NCBI GenBank assembly: GCA_016882235.1
Contig: VGKU01000003.1
Span: 1 to 36,242 of the forward strand
Source of the DNA: Candidatus Parcubacteria bacterium
GTDB lineage: Bacteria; Patescibacteriota; Patescibacteriia; UBA9934; GWF2-40-263
Direction of reading: 5' to 3'
Length of the DNA stretch: 36,242 nt
In this document: positions 16,545 through 25,277 of the stretch, piece by piece
How the letters are laid out: each line of letters begins with the position of its first letter
Numbering within the stretch: the first letter of the stretch is position 1
Notes under the pieces: model-generated
What the model saw: only the letters and a program-made list of their open reading frames with translations
Database searches by the model: none
What the model was told of the DNA's origin: nothing
Position numbers and translations under genes: made by a program

Positions 16545-17018
16545 ATGGATTATCTTCTTGGTGGTTCGCTTGGCGCGCTCGTTGCCCTCCTGTTCGCCAT
16601 TCCGGCGATCGTGCTTGAAGTGAAACGCGGCGTAGGCCCGAGCGATGCGCCGCTCATCGTGGACGCGCGTCAAATTTTTGGCCGTCAACTGAAACGGCGT
16701 GAAGCGTTTCTCGTGGGACTCCTCATCCACATCCTGTTCGGCTTTCTGTTTGGCCTCTTGTATGTTGTGTTCGTTCTGCGCGGCTGGTTGTTCAACACCC
16801 ACGCGCCCTACACCCTTGTTTCCCTGATCGTGTATGCGCTCTTGAGTTGGATGGTGGCAGGCCTCGTGATCTATCCTGCGCTCGGTATGGGCCTGTTCGC
16901 GCGCCGTGAAGGAAAGGACGTGTGGATAGAAACGATTGTGTCGCACCTCCTGCTCGGCATCGCGCTGTGGTTGCTCGTCCAATATTTTCAGCCGCCGTTT
17001 TTCATCGTCCCGACATGA
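16545..17018 (+). CDS. Integral membrane hypothetical protein
   Basis: About four hydrophobic segments with two intramembrane His; stop overlaps the xseA start. Confidence 0.75.
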   Translation: MDYLLGGSLGALVALLFAIPAIVLEVKRGVGPSDAPLIVDARQIFGRQLKRREAFLVGLLIHILFGFLFGLLYVVFVLRGWLFNTHAPYTLVSLIVYALLSWMVAGLVIYPALGMGLFARREGKDVWIETIVSHLLLGIALWLLVQYFQPPFFIVPT

Positions 17019-18220
17019 CCCGCCGTACCATTTCCGTTTCCGAATTCCTGGCGCTTGTGAACGAGACCCTGCGGCTCATTCCGTCGCAGGAGTTTTTGAT
17101 TGAAGGGGAGGTTTCGGATTTCCGCATCTCGCAGGAGAAGTGGGTAAGTTTTGATCTCAAAGACGAAACACAGGAAGCCGTGCTCAAATGTTTCATGACG
17201 ATTTGGGCGCTCAAGACGCCGATCGAAAACGGGATGCGCGTGCAGGCGCTCGGCTATCCCAACGTGTACGATCGTTACGGCCAGTTCAAACTCACTGTGC
17301 AAGAGGTCACGCCGGTGGGGGAGGGTGCGCTCCAACGGGCGTATCAACTGCTGAAACAAAAACTGGCAGCGGAAGGCCTGTTTGATGTTTCGCGTAAACG
17401 GCCTTTGCCTCGGTTTCCAAAGCGCATAGGGCTCATCACCTCGCGCGACGCGGCGGCCTATGGCGATTTTTTGCGTATCCTCAACAACCGTTGGAGCGGC
17501 GTTGAGATCCTGCACGCTCATGTCCATGTGCAGGGCCGCGAGGCCGTGGGCGATATCCTTTCAGCCCTCTCAGCCCTTTCAGCCATCTCAGCCCTGGATG
17601 TCATTGTCCTCACTCGTGGCGGGGGTGGATTGGAAGATCTGCATGCGTTTAACGATGAACACGTCGCGCGCGCGGTGTTTGCCAGCCCCGTTCCGGTCGT
17701 GTGCGCAGTCGGGCACGAGCGTGACGAATCGTTGTGCGATTTTGTGGCGGATGTGCGCGCATCGACGCCGAGCAATGCGGCCGAGCGCGTAGTGCCGAGC
17801 CGTCAGGAAGTGATCTACGAGATGGAGGCAATGGTCCGACACGTGCAGGATCGGTTGATGGATACCGTTTCGCATGCGCGCTTCGGGATTGATCGCGCGG
17901 CGCAGACAGCCTCGCGTTTGGTGGTCCAGCAGACGGAACGGTTGGGAAACGTGGAGCGTCGTTTTGCAGAGACCTCGCGTCTGTGGCTGGTGCGTCTGCG
18001 CGAAGGGCTTGAGGGATCTCTTCGGGTGCTCCAGCAAGTGGATCCCGCTCGGGTGCTTTCGCGCGGATATGGCATCGTGCGCGCCGGAGGGCGCATCATT
18101 CGTGATGCCTGTGCGCTTGAAATCGGGCAGGAGGTGCGAGTACAATTATCCGCAGGGGCGTTTGAGGCGGAGGTGAAGAGCGTTGCAGGAAAGGGACAAC
18201 TCACCATCGACAGCCTCTAG
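17015..18220 (+). CDS. xseA: Exodeoxyribonuclease VII large subunit
   Basis: IEGEVS OB-fold, L.AEGLFD..RKRPLP.FP..IGLITS, RGGG.LEDL..FN, AVGHE.D, STPSNAAE, L.RGY. Confidence 0.95.
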   Translation: MTRRTISVSEFLALVNETLRLIPSQEFLIEGEVSDFRISQEKWVSFDLKDETQEAVLKCFMTIWALKTPIENGMRVQALGYPNVYDRYGQFKLTVQEVTPVGEGALQRAYQLLKQKLAAEGLFDVSRKRPLPRFPKRIGLITSRDAAAYGDFLRILNNRWSGVEILHAHVHVQGREAVGDILSALSALSAISALDVIVLTRGGGGLEDLHAFNDEHVARAVFASPVPVVCAVGHERDESLCDFVADVRASTPSNAAERVVPSRQEVIYEMEAMVRHVQDRLMDTVSHARFGIDRAAQTASRLVVQQTERLGNVERRFAETSRLWLVRLREGLEGSLRVLQQVDPARVLSRGYGIVRAGGRIIRDACALEIGQEVRVQLSAGAFEAEVKSVAGKGQLTIDSL

Positions 18221-18242
18221 AAATCTTTGAGACATCGCTCTC

Positions 18243-18287
18243 TGTCCCTGCGAGGAGCCCGGCTGTGCCGGACGACGAAGCCATCTC
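18243..18287 (+). repeat. Half copy of a related palindromic repeat type
   Basis: TGTCCCTGCGAGGAGC...CGACGAAGCCATCTC between xseA and xseB. Confidence 0.5.
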
Positions 18288-18291
18288 TCGT

Positions 18292-18513
18292 ATGCCCAAA
18301 AAGAAAGAATCCTCATTTGCCGATGGCTTTGCCGAGCTGGAACAGATTACGGCCTGGTTTGATTCCGGGGTGAGCGTGGACCTTGACGAAGGCCTGAAGA
18401 AATTTGAACGAGGGCTGGAACTGGCCGCGTCGCTCAAGAAGCATTTGTCGGAGGTAGAGAACCAGGTGGAGGAGTTGAAGGGGAAATATCAAAACGCCGC
18501 GCTGTCATCCTGA
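18292..18513 (+). CDS. xseB: Exodeoxyribonuclease VII small subunit
   Basis: SF...AELEQI......DLDEGLKKFERGLEL; follows xseA. Confidence 0.9.
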   Translation: MPKKKESSFADGFAELEQITAWFDSGVSVDLDEGLKKFERGLELAASLKKHLSEVENQVEELKGKYQNAALSS

Positions 18514-18527
18514 TGATCACTTCGTCT

Positions 18528-18881
18528 ATGTCGTATCTCTTATTCCGTTGGGTTCTCAACGCGCTTGCGCTCCTGCTTGTCGCGTACGCCGTTCCCGGGT
18601 TCGGCGTGGCGTCCCTGTATGCCGCGCTGATCGCCGCGTTCGTGCTCGGCCTGGTGAATGCGCTCGTGCGGCCACTGCTTTTCATCCTCACATTGCCTGT
18701 GACGATCTTGACGCTCGGCCTGTTTTCCTTTGTCGTGAACGCGCTGATGATCTGGCTCGTCTCCACCATCGTCAAGGGGTTTACGGTGGAAGGGTTCGTG
18801 CCGGCCTTGCTCGCCGCCGTGATCTTATGGCTGGTGAGCTTATTGACCAACTGGCTTATTGAACAAGCACGAGAAACCTAA
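18528..18881 (+). CDS. YvlD / phage holin 4-2 family membrane protein
   Basis: LGLVNALVRP.L.ILTLP.TILTLGLFSFVVNA; alternative start at 18513. Confidence 0.85.
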   Translation: MSYLLFRWVLNALALLLVAYAVPGFGVASLYAALIAAFVLGLVNALVRPLLFILTLPVTILTLGLFSFVVNALMIWLVSTIVKGFTVEGFVPALLAAVILWLVSLLTNWLIEQARET

Positions 18882-18903
18882 CGGGCCATTGGCCCTTTTT
18901 TGT

Positions 18904-19617
18904 ATGAAGCACAGCAACTCCTTTACACCATCCACGCTTGTCATTTCCGTCGGCGGTTCGCTCGTCGTGCCAACCGGCGGAATTGACACGGCGTTTTTAA
19001 CATCGTTTAAATCGCTGATCAAACGGCAGGTGAACAAGGGGTGGCGGTTCGTCATCGTGGTGGGTGGTGGATGGACGGCGCGGCAGTATCAACAGGCGGC
19101 GCGCGCGATCGGCAAGCTTGAACTGGACGACATTGATTGGCTCGGTATTCACTCAACCCGACTGAACGGTCATTTAATGCGCACCGTCTTGCGAGACATC
19201 GCCCATCCGGTGATGATCAAAAATCCAACAGCGCCGCTGACCCATTGGCGCGAGCCGGTGCTTGTGGCGGCCGGATGGAAGCCGGGGTGGTCAACGGATT
19301 ATGTGGCGACGCGTTTGGCGATCCGGCTGGGAGCGGACGTGGTCGTCAATCTTTCCAACGTGGACTATGTGTATGACAAGGATCCCCGGACACATACAGA
19401 CGCGAAGGCCATTTGTCACATCAGCTGGGAGGCGTTTCGGGAGATGGTAGGGGATACGTGGGATCCGGGAATGAATGCGCCGTTTGATCCGGTGGCTTCA
19501 CGCCTGGCGCACCGCCGGGAGATGACCGTCGCTCTACTCAACGGCAAAAATATGAAAAATTTGGCCGCCTTTTTTGGCGGGAGACGTTTCATTGGCACCG
19601 TCATTCGCCATTCCTGA
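18904..19617 (+). CDS. pyrH: UMP kinase, archaeal type
   Basis: VISVGGS, VVGGG.TARQY, DWLGI..TRLN, PGWSTD, NVDYVYDKDP, PFDPVA. Confidence 0.9.
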   Translation: MKHSNSFTPSTLVISVGGSLVVPTGGIDTAFLTSFKSLIKRQVNKGWRFVIVVGGGWTARQYQQAARAIGKLELDDIDWLGIHSTRLNGHLMRTVLRDIAHPVMIKNPTAPLTHWREPVLVAAGWKPGWSTDYVATRLAIRLGADVVVNLSNVDYVYDKDPRTHTDAKAICHISWEAFREMVGDTWDPGMNAPFDPVASRLAHRREMTVALLNGKNMKNLAAFFGGRRFIGTVIRHS

Positions 19618-19771
19618 TGCGAAGATTTTTGGTCATTCGTGCGTGGAGGGCAGAGGGCAAGCGAGCGACTCGTGAGTAATTGCGCTCTGCTGTTCGCGCA
19701 GAACAGAGTGAACACCGATTTCTGAACGATTTGGCAGCCGTTTTTCGAAGGAATTCTGGTCGGGTACCCCT

Positions 19772-19800
19772 TTGACAAAAACACCAATGTTTGCTATACT
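19772..19800 (+). promoter_or_regulatory. Near-consensus sigma70 promoter
   Basis: TTGACA-17 nt-TATACT with extended TG. Confidence 0.85.
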
Positions 19801-19894
19801 CTGACGTTACTTTTCGTGGCTGATTGGACGGCCTCATGGCCAGTGGAAGTGTGGTGGCCGTTAGGCCGTCCGATAAACCCGTAGGAGGTGACGC

Positions 19895-20122
19895 ATGAAG
19901 GCAACTTCGCCGTACTGGAACGAGCAGCTCGGAGTGTGCGAGAAGCACGATCTTCCGCAGGTACCGTGTCCCGCGTGCATGGCAGGCGAAGGCGACGAGG
20001 ACATCAAGTTCATGGTCGACGAGAGCACCGAACTCACGCTCGACTTCGAGTACGTTGCCGGACGCGAGCTGACCCTGCTGGATCTGGTGCCCGAGAACTT
20101 CAAGAAGGCGCAGTTCATCTAG
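19895..20122 (+). CDS. Small acidic protein with CxxH...CPxC putative metal site (75 aa)
   Basis: SD AGGAGGTG at 19883-19890, upstream promoter and downstream terminator. Confidence 0.75.
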   Translation: MKATSPYWNEQLGVCEKHDLPQVPCPACMAGEGDEDIKFMVDESTELTLDFEYVAGRELTLLDLVPENFKKAQFI

Positions 20123-20183
20123 GCCTCCAACGAGGCCGCCCCGTGGGATCGAGTAGCCGCACTGGCCGCTCGATCCCACCACT

Positions 20184-20216
20184 CAAAAACAGCTTTGGAT
20201 GCCAAAGCTGTTTTTG
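20184..20216. terminator. Bidirectional terminator
   Basis: CAAAAACAGCTTTGG-atg-CCAAAGCTGTTTTTG perfect inverted repeat. Confidence 0.85.
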
Positions 20217-20249
20217 TTTGCCAAACAGGTCGCACAAGAATCTTGTCCG

Positions 20250-20534
20250 TTATTTTTTAAGCAGGTCCAGCACTTCGTACGCATCATTACTGATTTGGCT
20301 TTCCAGACGATCCACAGAGTAGTCATTCATGCCCTGTGTGCGTAGCGCTTCGCGAATTGCCCGTTTTGCTCGGAGAAGATTTGCCTGCTCACCTCTTGCA
20401 TCTGGAAACTGTGAGTCGTTTTCTAAACGGAGAGCGGCCGCTTCCAGGATATCATCACGCTGGAGTTTCACATCGCCCATCGTGTAGAATTTTTTTTCCA
20501 TTTCTTCGAGACGTGGTTGTCGTTCAGATGGCAT
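20250..20534 (-). CDS. Hypothetical protein (94 aa)
   Basis: ORF with ctctATG start converging on the bidirectional terminator; AT-richer region. Confidence 0.55.
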   Translation of the reverse strand: MPSERQPRLEEMEKKFYTMGDVKLQRDDILEAAALRLENDSQFPDARGEQANLLRAKRAIREALRTQGMNDYSVDRLESQISNDAYEVLDLLKK

Positions 20535-20786
20535 AGAGTGTTTTGTACAAATTTTTATGGAGTAGCTTGGTAACGAAAACCGATTTCTGTGAAGGAAATT
20601 ATGTTCCTTTTCTCCTCTATCATACGCGTAATTTTCTGATCCAGCTATACGGCGTTCTCTGACTTTGGCTTTCCATTTTTTAGGCTATTTTTTGGGCAAT
20701 GTTCATCGTTTTCTCTTGACAGCGGGGGCACGATCTGAAAGAAAGGTTGGTCTGCTACACGAGGGTGGTATGACAAGGAGGACGAG

Positions 20787-20951
20787 ATGGAGTGCATCGT
20801 CTGTCATCGTACCTGGGAGCTAGCTGACGGCACACAGGGTCCGATCTGCGACCTCTGCCGTGACGCGGATGAGTTCGTTGCCGACCGTGCGCGACTGATC
20901 GCCGCGGCTGGCGACCCGACCCCCGAGGAGTTGGCGGAGATGGATGAGTAG
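20787..20951 (+). CDS. Zinc-finger microprotein (54 aa), absent from the ORF track
   Basis: SD AAGGAGGA at 20775-20782; MECIVCHRTWELADGTQGPICDLCRDADEF...; TTGACA at 20716; downstream terminator. Confidence 0.7.
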   Translation: MECIVCHRTWELADGTQGPICDLCRDADEFVADRARLIAAAGDPTPEELAEMDE

Positions 20952-21019
20952 AGACTCGGTTGGCTGTTTGACTCCGATGGAGAGCTCCTCGCGTAGAGCG
21001 TCCCGTCGCCGTCTGCCTC

Positions 21020-21057
21020 ACGACCCACGTGGCTACAAGCCTGGCGGGTCGTTTTTT
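21020..21057 (+). terminator. Intrinsic terminator
   Basis: ACGACCC...GGGTCGT stem followed by a T-run. Confidence 0.6.
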
Positions 21058-21069
21058 ATACCAAGAACG

Positions 21070-21558
21070 CTACGTTTGCCTCATGCTATCTGGTGCCAGG
21101 CATCTGATGTCATTCTCCCAGCCGATTTCACCGTAAAACTTACCTGTCGCAATGTTGTTCAGGGCAAGTTGTATTTGAGGCAGGATATTAACTGGAAGGT
21201 CGTTGATGGAAAACCAAGTGAGGGCATCACATTTTTCAGGTTCCATGTTTGTTATTTCTCCTGACCATGTATCCGCAGTGAGGTAAATATCAACGTACTC
21301 TCGATCTTCTATGGAGAGTCTATGCATGACGTGAACGACATGCACATCTTGGGGTGTTAAGGTGATTCCAGCCTCTTCTTTGGCTTCACGGATAATACAT
21401 TGTTCTGCAGTTTCACGACCTTCCATGTGACCAGCAACGACGCTGTAATTGCCATCCTGATAGCCTGTATTAAATCTGCGGAGAAGCAACACTTGCCCAT
21501 CTTTATGAAGAACGAGGTGGGCTGCGACATAGGCTCTGAATCTTTCTGTACCGGACAT
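21070..21558 (-). CDS. NUDIX hydrolase
   Basis: Nudix box GHMEGRETAEQCIIREAKEEAG; EPEKC...WF. Confidence 0.9.
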   Translation of the reverse strand: MSGTERFRAYVAAHLVLHKDGQVLLLRRFNTGYQDGNYSVVAGHMEGRETAEQCIIREAKEEAGITLTPQDVHVVHVMHRLSIEDREYVDIYLTADTWSGEITNMEPEKCDALTWFSINDLPVNILPQIQLALNNIATGKFYGEIGWENDIRCLAPDSMRQT

Positions 21559-21780
21559 AGGTTCAATGCTTAGAAAACGAAATGTCAGACAACGCGCGTG
21601 TCTGCGAAGATTCCGTCCAAGGATGGAATGATCGCCGAGGCGCTGTGAGCCAAAAAAAGGGGGGGAAGCGATCTTTCAGATCCCTGTGTTCACATGGGCA
21701 CGATCTGATGTGGATAGATAAGCATAGCATGGCTCACTCCAGAGGGCACGGTCAGCGATCGTGCCACGGGGAGTGCACTC

Positions 21781-21809
21781 TTGACGCCTTTTTCTTCATC
21801 GTTTATGAT
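21781..21809 (+). promoter_or_regulatory. rplJ promoter
   Basis: TTGACG-17 nt-TATGAT. Confidence 0.75.
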
Positions 21810-21825
21810 GTTCGCGAACTAAAGA

Positions 21826-21930
21826 TTCGCCGTAGAAAGCAGGTATTCGTAAGAGATAAATCCTGCCGAGGTGAACCAAACACGCGTGTCCTGTTTGGAT
21901 CAACCTGCCGTGCGAATTGCAGGTTCTTTT
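21826..21930 (+). ncRNA. Ribosomal protein L10 leader
   Basis: CCGTAGAAAGCAGG...TAAATCCTGCCGAGG core upstream of rplJ, followed by an AACCTGC/GCAGGTT hairpin and T-run. Confidence 0.85.
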
Positions 21931-21966
21931 ATTAAAGGTCGAAAGGATCGTATCCAACCTCACTTT

Positions 21967-22485
21967 ATGCCAAAAACACGCGCACAAAAAGAGGAGATTA
22001 TCGCCCAGCTTGCGGATCAATTCTCGCGCGCCAAGGCCGCCGTGTTCACCTCGGTCTCGGGGTACACCATGGAAGATGCCAACGCGCTGCGGGAAAAGGG
22101 CCGTGAGAAAGGCATTGAGCTTGCGGTCGCCAAGAAGACCCTGCTCGTCCGGGCGCTTGAGAAGAACGGTTTTTCCGTCAAAAAGGACGGCTTGGACGGC
22201 AGTGTTCTCACCACCTTCGGATTGCAAGATGAGATGTCCGCCGCCAAGCTCATGGCCGATTTCGCGAAAAATCGCGAAGGGATCACGCTCATCGGTGGGA
22301 TCCTTGAAGGACGAATGGTGGACGCGGCTTCGGTGAAGCAACTTGCTTCACTCCCCAGTCGCGAGGAACTGCTCGCCAAGCTGGTCGGTTCGCTCAATGC
22401 GCCTGTGTCCGGCTTCGTGAATGTCCTGGCCGGCAATCTGCGCAGTTTGCTGTACGCCTTGAATGCTATTAAGGACACCAAATAA
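21967..22485 (+). CDS. rplJ: 50S ribosomal protein L10
   Basis: [39 protein letters not shown]. Confidence 0.96.
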   Translation: MPKTRAQKEEIIAQLADQFSRAKAAVFTSVSGYTMEDANALREKGREKGIELAVAKKTLLVRALEKNGFSVKKDGLDGSVLTTFGLQDEMSAAKLMADFAKNREGITLIGGILEGRMVDAASVKQLASLPSREELLAKLVGSLNAPVSGFVNVLAGNLRSLLYALNAIKDTK

Positions 22486-22490
22486 TTCAT

Positions 22491-22527
22491 AGATCCTTCG
22501 TCTCGGCCTGGCCGGGATTCAGGATGA
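22491..22527. repeat. Right-half copy of the palindromic element between rplJ and rplL
   Basis: AGATCCTTCG...TCAGGATGA matches the right arm at 15866-15900. Confidence 0.6.
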
Positions 22528-22541
22528 GCAATGAAGAACAT

Positions 22542-22967
22542 ATGTCTGACGAAACAACGACCCAAGTTGCCGAAGCGACCGTAGAGGTCCCGGCAAAGTT
22601 TGAAGAGCTTGTGGGCAAGATTGAGCAGATGTCCGTGCTTGATCTTTCCGAGCTCGTGAAAGTGCTTGAAAAGAAATTCGGCGTGAGCGCGGCTGCGCCC
22701 GCCATGATGATGGCCGCTCCGGGCGCCGGAGCCGGCGCCGCGCCCGCGGAAGAGAAAACGGCGTTTGATGTGGAAATTTCCGCTGCCGGCGACAACAAAA
22801 TCGGCGCGATCAAAGCGGTTCGCGCGATCACGGGCCTTGGCCTCAAGGAGGCAAAGGATCTCGTGGACGGCGCGCCCAAACTCGTGAAAGAAGGCGTTAC
22901 GAAGCAACAGGCGGAGGACTTCAAGAAACAACTTGAAGAGGCCGGTGCCACCGTCACGATCAAGTAA
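22542..22967 (+). CDS. rplL: 50S ribosomal protein L7/L12
   Basis: [48 protein letters not shown]. Confidence 0.97.
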   Translation: MSDETTTQVAEATVEVPAKFEELVGKIEQMSVLDLSELVKVLEKKFGVSAAAPAMMMAAPGAGAGAAPAEEKTAFDVEISAAGDNKIGAIKAVRAITGLGLKEAKDLVDGAPKLVKEGVTKQQAEDFKKQLEEAGATVTIK

Positions 22968-22972
22968 GATTC

Positions 22973-23000
22973 AAAAAACAGGGCCTTGGCCCTGTTTTTT
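22973..23000. terminator. Bidirectional terminator
   Basis: AAAAAACAGGGCC-tt-GGCCCTGTTTTTT. Confidence 0.85.
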
Positions 23001-23079
23001 CTTGCTTTTTAACGCTGGGGTCAGGTCGTTACTTGTCGCATTGACCTGACCCCATCCCTCGCAAGAGGATGAGGAACGA

Positions 23080-25209
23080 TTACCGCGCGATATGGGAAGG
23101 GGCGATGGAGTAGAGTTTGGAACCGGCCAGCACATAGACGCTGTATCCCGCCTCGTCTACGATCAGGTCGCTTGCATTTTGAAAAGCTTCCGAGCGGTAC
23201 TGCACGACAAACGCGCCGGTTTGCTTGTCATAAACCACGATCCGTTTTGTATCCGGTTCAAGAATATACAGGTATTTACTCTCCCCGTCCGTCCAGAGGT
23301 CCAAGGCATTGGTGATCGGGGGATCCACGACGCCGGTTTCGTATTCCATCTGCGCGCTATTCTCAAAACGCGCGACCTTTCCATCCTTTAGGAGAATGTA
23401 GACCGATCCGTCAATCGCCACAGACCGCGCATCCGTCAGCGGTGTCGTTTTGGATGCGATCCATCCCGAGGGAGCGCCAAAACCGTCGCTCGTCTTGCCG
23501 GATCGGTAGAGCTGGCCGTCTGTTTCCGTGACGGTCAAGAAATACAACCGATTGGCGTAGGCCATCAGATCCACCGTTCGGCCCTCCGGTATGGAAACAG
23601 CAATCTGTTTCTGCACGGACTCGTCGCGGATCAATTGAACCACTGCCTGATCGTTCAACAGCGCGTAGATTCTTCCGTCCTCCTCGCTTGCGCTGATGGC
23701 AAGACGCGACCGCTCTGTTGCGGTGCTCGCAATCTTGAACACTTTTTGTGTACGATCCAGTTGATACACGCGACCGTCCGAACCAAATACAAACAGTTCT
23801 GGCCCAACCTTTACGAATGCTTGTCCAAAGACTCCGTCGGTGATGGACGCCAGATCTCCGAGCAAGGCCGGATTGGGGACGGTGACAAGATGGCGGATAT
23901 CATCCGTGGCTTTTTGCATTTCCATCTTATAGGCCGTCTGTTTCTCTTGCCGCTCCTGGGTATTCGTCGGCAACTGCTCAATGAGCGCCGCGGCGTTGAG
24001 GTATAACCCGCGTGCCTGGTTTTCATCCTTATAGATCAAGGCCGCAGAAGCGCGTTCCATGAGATCCTCTATTTTTTCTGTTTGCGAGACATACGCTTTG
24101 GCGTCTTGTGCTTGCGTGCGAGCGGACGAAAGAACAGAGATACTGACGGCCAGGATCGCCACGATGGCCACGACACCCGCGGCAAGATATTTCGTCGCAC
24201 GCGGGACGCGTTTCGTCTTGTACCAGAGGACTTGTATCCCTTTTCTTGCACGGCTCGTCAGACTGATGAACCAACTACTCACTTCTGCGCGTCCATCCTT
24301 TGTTTTAAATCGAGCGCCCGTTTTTAAGAACGATTTGAAAAAGCGGCGCATGCTGTGGAGGAGGAGTCGCCAAACGGCTTTTTTGAGCAACCGTTGAGCT
24401 TGTTTTTTTACCGCCTGCACAAGCGTGGCAATTTTTGGCGATTGATCCTCAAGCAACTGCGCGGTCGCTTCTTCCTGTTCTTTGAAGCGGTTGATGGAGA
24501 TGTCGGTTTTCGGGGTCGCGCGCGTTTCGGAAAGACGGGCAGGGTCGGGCTTTTTGGGCATCGCGAGAATTAAGAGCAACATGGCGGAACGCACCGGGAA
24601 GTAGGGCCGTAATTTTTGTGTTGCTCCGGACGGGGGGAGGGTCGTTAAAATCGCATGGAGATCTTCCGTGGGAACCGCGCGTTGAAGATCATGATTGCAC
24701 AACGCGAAGACGTCGCCGTCATGCAGGTCGCCGTCCAACACAACGGCAAACGCCTTTTCCCATGTCGGGAGCGATTGTTCGGTCTGGATGCTCCGGGACA
24801 GGTTAAAGATTTGATAGCGTTCATGAGAACGACAATGCAAGAAGAGAGCACAGATGTCTCCGGTTCCTGATAGATACATTCTGTGTTCAGAGGCGATGCC
24901 GACGATGGCATCAAACTGCTGGATGGGAACCCGAATGCGTCCTTCACGTACTTGCTGAGCCACTGTTTCATTCAAGGCGCCAAGAAAGTGTTCAAAGCGT
25001 TGTTGAGCATTGGCATCCGAGCCAAATGTCTCGGCTAAACGGTGTACTTGGTCGGACAGCGTTTGGAGAAGATATTCGTCTTGATGGCTTGTTTTCTGCG
25101 TTTTTGCTACGAGAAATATAAAACCCTGCCTCGATGAAAGCGGGAGAAGCACGGAAATGCCTTCAATCTTTTCTTCAGGCGTTTGGGGCGCGTACAGGGA
25201 GGCCTTCAT
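23080..25209 (-). CDS. Membrane protein: possible degenerate PP2C-like N-terminal domain, TM helix, extracellular beta-propeller-like domain
   Basis: LSGTGD...DGDLHDGDVFALCN resembles the PP2C fold; TM YLAAGVVAIVAILAVSISVL; repeated IY/LY/VY beta blades; minus-strand TATAAT at 25243-25248. Confidence 0.7.
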   Translation of the reverse strand: MKASLYAPQTPEEKIEGISVLLPLSSRQGFIFLVAKTQKTSHQDEYLLQTLSDQVHRLAETFGSDANAQQRFEHFLGALNETVAQQVREGRIRVPIQQFDAIVGIASEHRMYLSGTGDICALFLHCRSHERYQIFNLSRSIQTEQSLPTWEKAFAVVLDGDLHDGDVFALCNHDLQRAVPTEDLHAILTTLPPSGATQKLRPYFPVRSAMLLLILAMPKKPDPARLSETRATPKTDISINRFKEQEEATAQLLEDQSPKIATLVQAVKKQAQRLLKKAVWRLLLHSMRRFFKSFLKTGARFKTKDGRAEVSSWFISLTSRARKGIQVLWYKTKRVPRATKYLAAGVVAIVAILAVSISVLSSARTQAQDAKAYVSQTEKIEDLMERASAALIYKDENQARGLYLNAAALIEQLPTNTQERQEKQTAYKMEMQKATDDIRHLVTVPNPALLGDLASITDGVFGQAFVKVGPELFVFGSDGRVYQLDRTQKVFKIASTATERSRLAISASEEDGRIYALLNDQAVVQLIRDESVQKQIAVSIPEGRTVDLMAYANRLYFLTVTETDGQLYRSGKTSDGFGAPSGWIASKTTPLTDARSVAIDGSVYILLKDGKVARFENSAQMEYETGVVDPPITNALDLWTDGESKYLYILEPDTKRIVVYDKQTGAFVVQYRSEAFQNASDLIVDEAGYSVYVLAGSKLYSIAPSHIAR

Positions 25210-25277
25210 ACGGATTTGCCCTTCCGTTATCGTTTGTTGTACATTATACCCGGATGACTTCCGTGCGCAACCGGAGT

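Noticed and set aside
15285-16982. 565-aa minus-strand ORF
   Set aside because: Antisense shadow of three plus-strand genes; no motifs
17562-17596. 9-nt tandem repeat (cagccctYt-like) in xseA
   Set aside because: In-frame low-complexity ALSALSAISAL linker; no sign of further function
18528-18881. Prophage indicated by a holin-family gene
   Set aside because: YvlD-type proteins are common chromosomal genes; no phage genes nearby
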